Notes under the pieces: model-generated | Database searches by the model: none | Told to the model about the DNA's origin: nothing | What the model saw: only the letters and a program-made list of their open reading frames with translations | Translations under genes and position numbers: made by a program | NCBI RefSeq assembly: GCF_006345805.1 | Contig: NC_042997.1 | Location: 11,346,001 to 11,410,000 of the forward strand | Source: Octopus sinensis | Taxonomy: Eukaryota | DNA length: 64,000 nt | Direction of reading: 5' to 3' | In this document: one piece after another, positions 51,192 through 64,000 of the stretch | Numbering within the stretch: position 1 is the first letter of the stretch | Layout of the letters: each line of letters begins with the position of its first letter

Positions 51192-52009
51192 ACTTGAAGA
51201 ATTCGTTAGAAATCTTTGTTCATGTAACATGTCTTGCACGAGGGATTCATGTTGTAAGAATGACGGACAACGTCTGTGTATAAAAGATTATCATGTGTTG
51301 AAAAGAGTTGTAACATCTGCATAGAAGTGCGCCTCGATAAGAGTAACAGTTAGGATGTTACCGATTTATAGGAGAAAGGGTGTTGCGATATAATCGAGCC
51401 CTGAGGTTATGCTAGAGTTAATAGAGTGGAGGTTGGAAAGGGCTTCGTCAAAAGACAGTTAATGCAGTGAATTAATAGATTTGATGTCGAGTATTCTTAA
51501 GCATATGAACTGGATGCTGTCCATTGTTTTTTCTTCTTCTTCTCCCATTTTTGTCACTTTTTAGTTTTCTCATCCTCATTACTCTTTTTCTCTTTTACTT
51601 GTTTTAGTCATTTGACTGCAGCCATGCTGGAGCACCGCCTTTAGTCGAGCAAATCGACCCCCAAAACTTATTCTTTGTAAGCCGAGTACTTATTCTATCG
51701 GTCTCTCTTTTGCCGAACCGCTAAGTTACAGTAACGTAAACACACCACCATCGGTTGTCAAACGATGGTGGGGGCAAACACAGACACACAAACATATACA
51801 CACACACACATATATATACATATACATATATACGACCGGCTTCTTTCAATTTCCGTCTACCAAATCCACTCACAAGGCTTTGGTCGGCCCGAGGCTATAG
51901 TAGAAGACACTTGCCTAAGGTGCCACGCAGTGTGACTGAACCCGGAACCATGTGGTTGGTAGGCAAGCTACTTACCACACGGTCAATCCTGCATATTACT
52001 CATTCTGTA

Positions 52010-52480
52010 GAGTAAACACTAGTCAGACCAATGTCTTGAACAGTTTCAGCTTCGTTTTGTAGCCGATACCTTTGCTTCTCTGTATCTTTGTTAGAGCGTA
52101 AAACTGGAAAGTGATAAAAAACAAAAAAAATGGACAGCTTCCAATTCACATACGTAAGGACATAAAGTGGCTGCGAAGAATCTGAAATGACAATTGAGAT
52201 GACAACGGGCATCATCAGGATCAGTGATGAAATAAGAAGCTGACGCTGGAACTGGGTCGAGTACGTCCTCAGACAAGATCGAGAAAGCGAGTGTATGGTG
52301 GCTTTAAAGTGGAAGCCTGAGAGGAAAAGTGCAACAGAGCGCTCTAAAACAACATGGTGAAGTACTATTAGCAAGGAAAGGCAACGAGAAGGGTGGAAAA
52401 GCTGGAATGAGACCAGAACAGTGGCAGAAAACCGTGCTAGTTAGAGAGATCATGTTACGGCCTCATGGCACGGGAATAAC
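52010..52480 (+). mobile_element. RTE-like LINE 3-prime remnant
   Basis: RWNWV..VLRQDRES..ALKWKPERK..SKTTW remnant with stops. Confidence 0.65.
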
Positions 52481-52526
52481 TTGTTAACTGATTAATAGAT
52501 TTATACCAGAGTTAATAGAACGAAGG

Positions 52527-52850
52527 TGGAGGCGCAATGCCCCAGTGGTTAGGGTAGGGGACTCGCGGTCGGAGGATCGCAGTTTCGATTCCCAGACCGG
52601 GCGTTGTGTGTGTTTATTGAGCGAAAACACATAAAAAGCTCCACGAGGCTTCGGCAGGGGGTTGGGGGTGGCGACCCCTGTTGTACTCTTTCGCCCCAAC
52701 TTTCTCTCACTCTTTCTTCCTGTTTCTTGAGTAACGCTGCGATGGACTGGCGTCCCGTCCAGCTGGGGGGGGGGGGGGGGGGCACACATACACCACAGAA
52801 ACCGGGAAACCGGGCCCATAAGCCTGGCTAGGCTTGAAAAGGGCGCATAA
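52527..52850 (+). mobile_element. SINE with family A head and a different 3-prime tail (tail C)
   Basis: Same head, tail GCTGCGATGGACTGGCGTCCCGTCCAG... A reverse copy lies at 2995-3292. Confidence 0.75.
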
Positions 52851-54899
52851 TTAAAAAAAAAAAGTATTTAATATAGTGACTAGGAATAACATCGGGAGTT
52901 AGCTTTCATAAATGCAGCACGTCCGGGAACAGCTTTGGTTAAAAGTCAGCGGCGTTGGAGAGCATAAGCATTAAAGTTGTAGTTGAGAAGTTTGTTAACT
53001 GACATGAAGGCCTGGAAGCCATCTGAATATTGGAAACGAGTTACCTGTATCATGATGATTTGCATCGGGTATCAAAATGTCAATACCATGATTGCTGTTC
53101 AATGCTGTGTAAACACTAAAGGCTGTAAGATGTAACATGGACAAAAAAGGTAAGTATTTGGATCGATTCGTTCGACTAAGGATCCTTCTAGGCGGTGCTC
53201 CAGGATGGCCGCGATCTAATGACTGAAACAAGCAAAAGATAAAAGATAAAATATGTATAGGGAGAGAGAGAGGTGTGGGTCAGAGATTAAAAAATTGCTT
53301 CTTTTAGTGCTCTGTAGCTAAGCTACGACAACGATTAAGAACCAAGCCAATGGTTATAGTGAACACCGCCGCCGCCGCCGCCGACACCACAACACCACCA
53401 CCACCACCACCACCACCACCACCATCACCAGCAGCAGCAGCAGCAGTTTTCCGTCTTTTCTTTTGTCAGCTGCTGTATGATGGATGAGAAAGTTTAAAGT
53501 TGCAGTTTGACTGGCTCTGTTTCTTCACAGTTAATTATCCATCTGCATATATATATATATATATAAAAAGAAGCAGCATTATTATACATCAGCATTTCTC
53601 TGTGAGTACGAGTGCATATTGAAAATATCTACTTCTACGACTTTGTGGTGGCTTGAAATACATTTTGCAGGAAAAGATGAAAACCATTGTAAATAATCAA
53701 ATTTTGCTTTGTTTTTTAAATATATATTCTTTTATATTTTAATCTATGCATCAATATTTATGTATATAAGATTTTTTTTTTTACTCTAGGCATAAGGCCC
53801 GAAATTATTGGGGAGGTGGGGGTCAGTCGATTAGATCGATCCCAGTACGGTACTGGTACTTAATTTATCGACTTCGAAAGGATGAAAGGCAAAGTCGACC
53901 TCGGCGGAATTTGAACTCAGAAAAACAATAATATTATTTTCTACTCTCGGCACAAGGTCCGAAATTTTTGGGTAGCAGGCTAGTCGATTAGATCGACCCC
54001 AATAAGCAACTGATCCTTAATTTATCGACTCCGAAAGGATGAAAAGCAAAGTCGACCTCGGCGGAATTTGAACTCAGAACGTAAAGACAGACGAAATGTA
54101 TATAAAAATTCAAATTAAATTATAATAGGTAAAACTTTATATATCTTTTACTTGTTTCAGTCATTAGACTGCCGCCATGCTGGGGCACAACCTTGAAAAA
54201 TGTTTGGTCAATTGAATCGACCGCAATGCGTTTTTTTTCAAAGTCCTGTATTTATTCTATCATTTCTTTTGTCGAACCGCTAAGTTGTGGGGACGTAAAC
54301 ACACCAGCATTGAGGTAGTGAGGAGGCAAACACAGACAGAAAGAAACCCCTTACACACACACACGACGGGCTTTTTTTTCAGTTTCCGTCTACCAAATCC
54401 ACTCACAAGGCTTTGGTCGACCCGGGGCTTTAGTAGAAGACACTTGCCCAAGGTGTCACGCAGTGGGACTGAACCCGGAACCGCCGCACACCCACGCTTG
54501 CCCCTATGTATATAAAAATTCGAATTAAGTTGTAACGGGTAAAACTTCATATGTTCTAATTGTTATAACAGGTAAACTTAAGCGAAAGCATAAATGAATT
54601 TAATTCTATAAATGTCCACTATTTCTTGAATAAAGAATTTTTCTTGGCATGTTATTCTGGATGTCTTGGATATACTTCTGATACACATTCATAATATTAA
54701 CTTTAACCAATACTCTTTATTAATAGACATTAACAATAAAGAGCCAACCAAGCACTGGAATTGATGAAATCGACTGTTCCCGACACCAGCCGTCCAAACT
54801 GGTGGGTGTGTGTGTGTGTGTCCATGTTAAAAATCAATATCGGTGTATTTCAGTCTTTTTGAGTTGGTGGCATACTGGAAATCAATGGAAAGATTACTT

Positions 54900-55860
54900 G
54901 CGTACTTTGTAAGGAAAGTTAAAAAATTTCTGACATACTCTGCAAGGAAAGTTAAAAATTACAACCTACATTATAGGCACACTTTGCATGGAAAATTAAA
55001 AATGACCGCTCACTTTTCATAAAAGGTTTTAAAATTATTGATGCACTTTGTATGGAAAATTAAAATGGAAAGCTAAAAATTTCTGACATACTCTGCAAGG
55101 AAAGTTAAAAATTACAACCTACATTATAGGCACACTTTGCATGGAAAATTAAAAATGACCGCACATTTTTCATAAAAAGGTTAAAAAATTATTGATGCAC
55201 TTTGTATGGAAAATTAAAAATCACTAGACCACTTAAAATGGAAAGCTAAAAATGTCTGACATATTTTGCATGGAAAGTTAAAAATTACAACCTACATTAT
55301 AGGCACACTTTGCATGGAAAATTAAAAATGACCACACATTTTTCATAAAAAGGTTTAAAAATTATTGATGCACTTTGTATGGAAAATTAAGAATTACTAG
55401 ACTACTTAAAATGGAAAGTTAAACATTTCTGACATACTCTGCATGGAAAGTTAAAAATTTCTGGTGTACTTTATATGAAAAGTTAAAATTACTGGTTTAC
55501 TTTAAACTGTGTATGGAAAGCTAATCATTACTGTGCAGTTTATATGGAAAAGTTGAAATTTACAACCCACATTTCATGGAAAGTTAAATTATAACAGGCA
55601 CACTTTGTAACGAAAGTTCAACATTACCGGCACACTTTGCATGCAAAGTTAAAATGACCGCACACTTTTCATAAAAAGTTAAACATTATTAACGCATTTT
55701 GTATGGAAAATTAAAAATTATTGGGGCACTTTTGTATGGAAAATAAAAAATGTTTTGCATGTAAAGTTAAAAATAACTTGGGCACTTTATTAAACCTTTC
55801 TGACATACTTTGCATAGAAAATTAAAAATTACTATCCACTTTGTATGGAAAGTTTCAAAA
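54900..55860. repeat. AT-rich ~30-bp satellite with higher-order repeats
   Basis: Monomer like ACTTTGCATGGAAAATTAAAAAT; ACAACCTACATTATAGGCACAC recurs at 54961, 55114 and 55287. Confidence 0.85.
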
Positions 55861-56509
55861 ATGACAAAAAATATAGACAACTCGTATTTATCTTACTTCA
55901 TGAATCATACTTGTGTACACAAAATTATGAATAATGTTTTTCAAAGAACTCATGCTTTAGCATGGATTTTCTAAAACCTTGAATTATATTTTTAAAATTC
56001 TGTGGTGCCCTTTGGTGTACGTTGTGACGCAATGTTTGGTAACCTCTGTCTTGACATTACTTAAATTGTATTTAGAGTGAGGGTTAGGGTTAAACATTGT
56101 GGATTTGTAAAGAAAATTGAAATTGAAGTTTATGTTGGAATATAAAACACGGAGACAGTAGACAGAGCTTATGAATCTTGGCGGAAGGGAAATGTGATTG
56201 TAAATATACTAGGAACAGACAGGGAAAAGTGAAGAAATGTTGAGCAAGACGGGGGGGAAAAAAGGGTGTGTGTGTATATCTTTTATCCTTTAGTTTCAGC
56301 TCGAGAGCAGCGACCATGCTGGAGTAGCAAACACGTACAGACATATATTATACACAGACATAATACATAAACACAAATATATATTTATATATATATATAG
56401 AAAGAGAGAAAGAGGGGGAATCTATCCATTTATATTTGTGTGTGCATGCGAGCGGTGTTTCAGCAAGTCCTGGCCGTGACAGTTACATCGAACTAAAGAT
56501 CCAAATAGA

Positions 56510-56513
56510 CACG

Positions 56514-56558
<45 letters not shown>

Positions 56559-56762
56559 ACACACACATACACACATTTATATATATATATACAAATGTAC
56601 ATATAATATATGCATAGATAGTCAGAGAGAGAGAGAGAGAGTTAGAGTTGAGAGAGAAGGAGAGAGAGAGTGAGAGAGAGAGGAGAGAGAGAGTGAGAGA
56701 GAGAGTGAGAGAGAGTGAGAGAGAGAGAGAGAGTGAGAGTTAGAGAGTGAGAGAGAGAGGGA

Positions 56763-56793
<31 letters not shown>

Positions 56794-56810
56794 TGAGAGA
56801 GAGAGAGATT
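56510..56810. repeat. (CA)n, (TA)n and (GA/GAGT)n microsatellites
   Basis: Directly visible, upstream of the candidate exon at 57121. Confidence 0.9.
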
Positions 56811-57120
56811 TTAAATACCTGAACTAACGTTTCACTACTTTGAAATTCGTTGACAATCATAAAACTAATTATAACTAAAAAAACAAAATAACCCCCCCCC
56901 CACCGCCGCCACCGCTATCAACAACACAAACACCAATCACAACAACAACAACAAGACCAGCATTACAACAAATCTGAAGCTAGCAACCCCTGTTGGCAAA
57001 ATAAACGATCACTTAACAAATGTAAGTAACAACAACAACAACAACAAAATCGTAAAGAAGGAAAGGAAGAAGGAAAGGAAGACAGTCAAGTGACAGAACT
57101 TTTTTCTGGAAATTTCCACC

Positions 57121-57202
57121 ATGACCGTGTTAGATAACAGGAGGAACTGTTGCTGGTTTGGCTGTATTGTATTCTGTATACATACAGTTCTTTCTGGAAA
57201 AA
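57121..57202 (+). CDS. Candidate first coding exon of a secreted/membrane protein, MTVLDNRRNCCWFGCIVFCIHTVLSGK
   Basis: CCACC-ATG context, basic n-region then hydrophobic h-region, AA|GTAAGT donor in phase 1. No downstream exon recognised in the window. Confidence 0.42.
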
Positions 57203-57250
57203 GTAAGTACTGAGATTTATTTATCTTACCATGTGTGTATATGTGTGTGT

Positions 57251-57634
57251 GGAGGCGCAATGGCCCAGTGGTTAGGGCAGCGAACTCGCGGTCATAGGAT
57301 CGCGGTTTCGATTCCCAGACCGGGCGTTGTGAGTGTTTATTGAGCGAAAACACCTAAAGCTCCACGAGGCTCCGGCAGGGGATGGTGGTGATCCCTGCTG
57401 TACTCTTTCACCACAACTTTCTCTCACTCTTACTTCCTGTTTCTGTTGTACCTGTATTTCAAAGGGCCGGCCTTGTCACTCTCTGCGTCACGCTGAATAT
57501 CCCCGAGAACTACGTTAAGGGTACACGTGTCTGTGGAGTGCTCAGCCACTTACACGTTAATTTCACGAGCAGGCTGTTCCGTTGATTCGGATCAACCGGA
57601 ACCCTCGTCGTCGTAACCGACGGAGTGCTTCCAC
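57251..57634 (+). mobile_element. SINE family A copy
   Basis: TSD ATATGTGTGTGT; begins ~50 nt after the candidate donor at 57203. Confidence 0.9.
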
Positions 57635-57668
57635 ATATGTGTGTGTGTGTGCGCGCATGCGCGCGTAC

Positions 57669-58060
57669 ATCTTTATACATAAAGCTGAAGTTGTCTGTGT
57701 ATGGCAGGTAGCCTTCAACTAACACTATCTCCTCCGAGACTCTGCGGCGCAAGTTGACCAAAATTGAGAGTATGATAGAAGAATGCTTGCTCTTCATTCC
57801 GTAGACGAAAAAATTCAAATTGGACCATGTTAGACCAAAAATTATTTACATCAGAAAGTGCTCTTCTTCTATGAAAATCCTTATTTTTTAACGATTTTTT
57901 GACTGCTGTGTCACCATTTTTTTGTGTATTTCAACCAGAAAAATGCTCACTTAAAGAGAATAACAAGCTACATAATGCAAAATTTTCACTTTTCAAAAAT
58001 TCCAATTCTAAAGGGTCGAAAAGAAAACAAACCCCAGAAACGCCGGGCTATACTGCTAGT
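57669..58060 (-). mobile_element. Related Helitron-like short element, reverse orientation
   Basis: Minus strand starts ACTAGCAGTATAGCCCGGCG and ends CTTTATGTATAAAGAT. Confidence 0.55.
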
Positions 58061-58399
58061 ATGTGTATGTGTGTGAGTGCTGTTATTGTTGTTGTTGTTG
58101 CGTTACTACTCCGAGTCAGAGTAGCCCTGGGAACAATAGTGGCTTAGAGGTGGTTCCACCCTCATCAAAACCCCTGTCCCACTACTGGACGCAGTTTAAT
58201 GTCATAACCAAGAAGTGCATTTGGTTTCTGGTCGTCTCAACCTCTTTTGTGCCACTGTGTTATGGCTATTCGTAATTAAAAAGTGGGTCCAGTGCTGTGC
58301 AACGCTTTATCCCTTCAAAAGAAATTTATGCACAAGAATGTCTTGGACTCTTGGAACGTTTGTACGGACTTACTGAGTTTAGGAAGTAGCCTTACTCAG

Positions 58400-59195
58400 T
58401 CATAAGTTGATCTCTGCCATGTATGTATGTATGTATGTATGTATGTATGTATGTATGTATGTATGTATGTATGTATGTATGTATGTATGTATGTATTTAT
58501 TTATTTATGTATGTATGTATGTATGTATGTATGTATGTATGTATTTATGTATGTATGTTATGTATGTATGTATTATGTATGTATGTATGTATGTATGTAT
58601 TTATGTATGTAATATGTATGTATGTATGTATGTATTTATGTATGTATTATGTATGTATGTATGTAGTATGTATGTATGTATGTATTTATTTATTTATTTA
58701 TGTATGTATGTATGTATGTATGTATGTATGTATGTATTATGTATGTATGTATGTATTATGTATGTATGTAATGTATGTATGTATGTATGTATGTATGTAT
58801 TATGTATGTATGTATGTATGTATGTATGTATTTATGTAGTAAGTATGTATGTATGTATGTATGTATGTATGTATGTATGTATGTATGTATGTATGTATGT
58901 ATTTATGTATGTATGTATGTATGTAGGTATGTATGTATGTAAGTATGTATGTATGTATGTATGTATGTATTTATGTATGTATGTATGTATGTATGTATGT
59001 ATGTATTTATGTATGTATGTATATATGCATGTATGTATGTATGTATGTATGTATGTATGGATGTATGTATGTATGTATGTATGTATGTATTTAGTATGTA
59101 TGTATGTAGTATGTATGTATTGTATGTATGTATGTAGTTATGTATGTATGGTATGTATGTAGTATGTATGTATGTATGTACGTATATTTGTACGT
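58400..59195. repeat. ~790-bp (TATG)n microsatellite
   Basis: Directly visible; abuts the 3-prime end of the minus-strand RTE LINE. Confidence 0.97.
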
Positions 59196-59199
59196 ACGT

Positions 59200-60660
59200 A
59201 CGGATCATAGCTGCACCCGCATTACACGAGAAAAGCCATTGCCAAAAAACTTACTGAAATGATTCATTATTGATGCCATGTGATGTCCTTATATGACTTT
59301 CAAGCCCAGCAAAAGTTTTACCCATTTCATTACATATTGCACAGCTATGCTGGCTGATAGGAGACACAGGTGCCACCGTATGCACTCTCTTAACGTGTCC
59401 TTTCAGACCTCCAACTGAGAGGCACACCCTTCCACATTTTACACATGTTCTGTTGTGAATTGTAATATCCACATCACTGTTTATCATGGGCCAATTCCTG
59501 TGAGATTTTTGATGGCTGACGAGGCCTGCACGACTCAAACACCTCCTCCCACAAACCACACACATAAAAAGCAAACACTCCCTCATTATCCACAGGTTCC
59601 CTCCTTCTAAGCTTCTTCGTAATTTTCTCATACCTCAACCCCCAATTCTCTCCCTCTCAAACCCCAAACAATCACTATGCGCAGTCTTCCTCCATCCACC
59701 CCGGTCTTGTGCCCCGCTCTTCCAACCACCAACTGCAAATCCTGTCTGTATTAGAGCATTGTTAAGGCAATCCTTAAACCTTAGTTTAGGCTTATGCGCT
59801 GGTCTCCTGCTATCTTCCAGCTCACCATACAGTATCTACTTGGGCAGTCTCTCATTACTTATCCTTATCAGATGACCCCGCCCACCACCTCAAACATCTT
59901 TAAAGAATCATTGACTCTATACTTCTACTGCCACTCCCCTCAAGCACCTCCACATTACTAATGGCCATTTTCTAGTTTATCTCCAAATATTTCTCAGTAT
60001 CGTTCCAGTTGCCTTACATGCCTACGGTAAATAACACATGCCTCACTCCCTTATAGCAAAGCTGGCAGGATACACGCGTTATATACTTTAATTTATGATA
60101 GGTGTCCACAGACGCCTATCAAGCCTACCAAAAGCACAACTAGCCCTGCTGATTCTCTATGAAATTTCATCATCAAGACCAGCAGTGCTCAAGGTACTTT
60201 CTAAAGAAATAAATCTAGACACAGTCTCCAACCTTTGACCATTCACAGTTATAAAAGGTTCCACATACATCTTGGACGGAGCAGGCTGTTACATTATAAC
60301 AGTTTGTTTCAGATTGATCGTTTAACCCAATGCTGTACATGCTTCAGAAATCACAATCTGTTCAGCATTACCCAACAAAGGACCTTTCCGGCAACATCTA
60401 ACAGACAGATGCCACGATAATTATCACAGACATCCTTTCCACCTTTCGATTTATATAGTATCTCCATAGTTGCATCAATCCAATCCGGAGGCACGTCTTT
60501 ACTATACCAAACCCTCCGAACCACATCCCTCAACATAGTACAGAGATGTTCACCACCATATTTATATATCTCTGCACCTAGTCCATCCATACCAGGGGCC
60601 TTTCCATTGTTCAAGTTCTGATTGCCGCTTTATTCCAGCCAGGTTTAGAACCTCTGCTAA
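59200..60660 (-). mobile_element. RTE-clade LINE remnant with three C-terminal C2H2 zinc fingers
   Basis: GKAPGMDGLGAEIYK..DNYRGICLLDVAGKVL (RT start), RT core deleted, RLPK.ILYGEL..R..HKPKLRFKDCL, then three CX2CX12HX3-4H fingers in ORF 59251..59631. Confidence 0.85.
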
Positions 60661-61329
60661 AAGATGCTTTGTTAGTCTCTCGAGAAAAGAGACATCAACT
60701 TTAGTGGGTTTATGTTTTCTTCATCTTTCATGTAAAACACTCAAAATCAAGAAAGATGACTATCGTTAATTCAGTTTTAACGTTGAAGCATAAATGAATG
60801 TCTTTTTTCCTCCAATATATGATCATAAAATATATGATCATCTTTCAAGATATAACGATTCCATTATATGCGAAATAAACTATTCTCGCTAGTTGGAAAT
60901 TTCTCAGTAAATATCGATGAAAATTCTTGCATGAGTTCAGCTATTTTGATCTTTAGTAAATGGCTGCAATAAGATGTTATACTTTCTCGTAACACAAATA
61001 TTACATCTTTTGGGGAAATTAATGCAGGAGACGTGCATTCTGTTATTGAATAATCTTTGTTATAATTGTTAACATGTTCATTCTTTGTTTGGGTAATGCA
61101 GTAGTGAGGCGTCTTTCTGAGCGCCTGAATGTGTGCATATGCAGCATGAATATTTTTTAAAGGTACTTTCAGTAAGTTCTGCATACCTTTTTGTTTCATT
61201 GTTATATGTCTAGTTATGATGAAACCAACATCTAAAGTGCACAAGAATTATTCTAGATATTATATTTGTCCAAACAGTCAACAGCTTTCCGTGTTCAGTA
61301 ACACCAATGACCAATTTGTACGCTCAGTT

Positions 61330-63890
61330 CTTGATTCAGAATGTGTTTTTTCTTGTCATTAACAGTTTTACTATATGATCCACTCTCCTCTTTCCTTTCA
61401 CTCTTTTTCTTCCGATAGTTTGAAGAAAGATTGTTTTTTTTTTCTCTTCAACGATTGTGGTAAATTCAGTGGTAAAGATTGTGGTATATACCAAAGATTG
61501 TGGTATATTCAATGTAAAACATAATATGAAAATAAAGATTAAGTTAAAATTAAGTATTCCGTATAGTATGTTGATAAAAGCTTTTATCTTCAAAGGCATT
61601 TCGGTATTTATATTTAGTCAGTAGATTTAAGGGCAATTATAGCTACATATTTAGTGAATTTAGGTTGTATTTGTTCGTACATACGTCGATATGTTCACTG
61701 AGATAAATTTGGCGGTATTGTGGTGAGGCTATCTGTTGACGATGCACCGTACAACGTTGCCGAATAGAATTCCCCGTGCTACCGATATAGTCTTTCTGGC
61801 AGCCCGAGCATCTGATAACGTAGATTAGATTTTCGGTTGCACAAGCGAAATTTGACTTAATTGTAATGTGTTGCCCCTGTTTATAATAGTATTCTGACCC
61901 TTCCAAAGTTGGGGCGATTACATTTTTTTTTTTACTTTGGAGCTTGTTGTGGAGGGGAATAATTTTGCATGGGTTGTTTGTTGCTTTTGCCATTTTAATG
62001 TCACGTAAAATTCTTTTTAGTTTTGGGTCCTTGTATAGTATTAGTAGGTTTTGCATGATTGTGTTGAATGCTTCTTTGTTTCTGGGGTAGAGTAGTGTTT
62101 TAAGGAGAGGTTTGTTAATGTCTTTGGTTTTTCTTAATGTCTTGGTGATGATAGATTTGGCACGTTTTATTCCATTATTAATGAGTTGGATTGGGTAGTG
62201 TCTATCCAGGAGGATGTTTTTCAATTCTTGTAGTCTTAAATCTCTAGTTTTCTTTTTCTCTAAGACAATAGTGCAGATTCTTCTTGCAAGGTTGAAGGGG
62301 ATGTTTGTTTTTGTGTGTCTAGGATGGCAAGAGCTAAAGAGAAGTTATTGTTTTGCATCTGTTGTTTTATAAAATATGTCTGTTTCGATTTTGTTGTTTG
62401 TTTTTTAATTAGAATGTCTAGGAATAGAAGAGCCTCCTGGTTGTATTCCATTGTGAATTGAATGCTTGTGTTGATGCTGTTCAGAGGTGTTTTAAATTCT
62501 AGGAGTTTGTTATTCCAGAATATGAAACAGTCATCCAGGTATCTCTTCCAATTCTCTTTAATGTATTGGGCGAGAGGGTCTCCAAATTTTCGCAGTGAAT
62601 TCTGATATATTTTTTTCTCCAAGAATCCCATTGTGAGGTTGGCAATGGTAGGTGCTACTCTCGTGCCCATCGCAATTCTCGATATTTGGAAGTAGCAGTT
62701 GGTGTCAAAAATGAAATAATTATTCTGGAGAATGAACTTAATTGATTTAATGATGAAGGTTTTGTTTATTCGTTCTGGTATTTCCTCTGGATGTAGTTCT
62801 AGCCAGAATCAAATCGCTTCAGTTCCATAATCATGTAGAATGTTGGAGTATAGGTTTATAACATCGCAGGAGACCATGAGGGATTCTTCCCCGAATTTTA
62901 TGGGAGATGGTTCAGCATGTCTAAATCATCTCTGATGTAGCTTCTAATATGTTTTAGATATGGCTTCAAGAGAATGTCCATGAAGTAACTTAATCTGCGT
63001 GTTTCACAGGATGGGCTGGCTATAATAGGTCGTAATTTTAAGTGTTCTGGTGTTGGTGTATGCATGTATGTATGTGTTGTGTGTATGTATGTATGTATGT
63101 ATGTATGTATGTATGTATGTATGTATGTATGTATGTATGTAGTGAGTTGTTGATGACTTCATCGATGGTTGGGCTTTTGTGGATTTTGGGGAGGCAATAG
63201 AAAAAGCTGGGTTTGTATTTGAAATTTGTTAGGAAATCTACTTACTTTTTTGTGAGGTCTTTCCCGTGGTTATGTATTAGTGAGGAGAGGTTTTTCATTA
63301 TTTCTAGGGATTGTAGTTGTTGATTTCTTCATAATACTCATTGTTGTTTTGTGTCCATAATTACCATTGCGCTACCTTTATCCGCTTTTTGATTGTAATT
63401 TCTTTGTGGTTTTGTAGTTTATTAATATCTTTCCATTGGATTTTGTTGAGGCTTCGGATGGTTTTCTGTTTGTGCAGGGTGTGATAGAGAAGGTTTTCGA
63501 TGTATTTGCAAAATTCATCAAGGCTTTTGTTTCTTTCTTTGTGGGGGGAGGGGGGGGTGTATTCGCTTTTGCTCTTGACCAGTGATTCATCCTGATCATC
63601 AAAGTCGGTCAGTACCTCTGCAAATCTTAATTTTTTGCAGAACCCCGAGACGCTGTCTTAATTTCACTTTGATTGGCTCTGCGGGGTGTCGGTGTGAATT
63701 TGAGTCCTTTGGAGAGGATGTCTATCTTAATGTTAGATAAGGATAAGTGGGAGAGGTTGATTACGTTGGGTTTCTCCTGTGTCTCGGGTTTCACCTTGTT
63801 ATCTGTTTCCTCTGGTGAGTGTCGAAAAAATTTTGGTTGTTTGGGTATGGGTTGCTTGTAGTGGGAGGGGGCTATATATATATAATCCAA
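61330..63890 (-). mobile_element. Decayed near-full-length Penelope-like element
   Basis: N-terminal VINLS..ILSKGLKFTPTP, RT SCDVINLYSNI, MGTRVAPTIANLTMG, RYLDDCF, and GIY-YIG LIYVIRCSGCQKDYIGST. Frameshifted, with a (TATG)n insert at ~63060-63140. Confidence 0.9.
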
Positions 63891-64000
63891 TATAATATAA
63901 TATTAATATAATATATAGAAACAAAAATGTACACATATGTATGTGTATATACATACATACATACATATATATATCATCATCATCATCATCGTCGTTTAAC

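Noticed and set aside
13655-52230. Other CTGANGA matches (13661, 20395, 21401, 25130, 37291, 52219) as hammerheads
   Set aside because: No correctly placed GAAA with pairable stems I-III.
53365-53447. GCC/ACC/CAG trinucleotide run as a low-complexity coding exon
   Set aside because: No supported reading frame or splice sites; treated as a compound microsatellite.
58407-59208. Long ORFs (251 aa etc.) of MYVC repeats, and similar ORFs at 26033-26817, 6999-7514 and 8904-9110
   Set aside because: Translations of TATG/TA/CA microsatellites with no coding signal.

Overview
AT-rich animal genomic DNA with many microsatellites and repeats. The repeat families look to me like Octopus (coleoid cephalopod); this comes from recall, not a database search. 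One confident gene: purine nucleoside phosphorylase (PNP, trimeric 6-oxopurine type) on the + strand, with coding exons 24777-24946, 35321-35424, 38962-39137, 42033-42223 and 43737-43939 (GT-AG, frame-consistent, same internal exon sizes as human PNP). There are two candidate phase-2 first coding exons: 17915-17997, and 14830/14845-14927, which encodes a hydrophobic signal/anchor-like peptide. A possible signal-peptide first exon of a second gene lies at 57121-57202. The rest is mostly transposon-derived: two decayed Penelope-like elements (RT + GIY-YIG), RTE-type LINE remnants, one full-length and several decayed Tc1/mariner elements, MITEs, Helitron-like short elements, several SINE families, minisatellites and microsatellites. 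The most striking unexplained structure is a ~720-bp inverted-repeat element (7733-8454) carrying two apparently intact type I hammerhead ribozymes facing outward. Further hammerhead-like motifs occur at 1650-1695, 4060-4094 and possibly ~32530.
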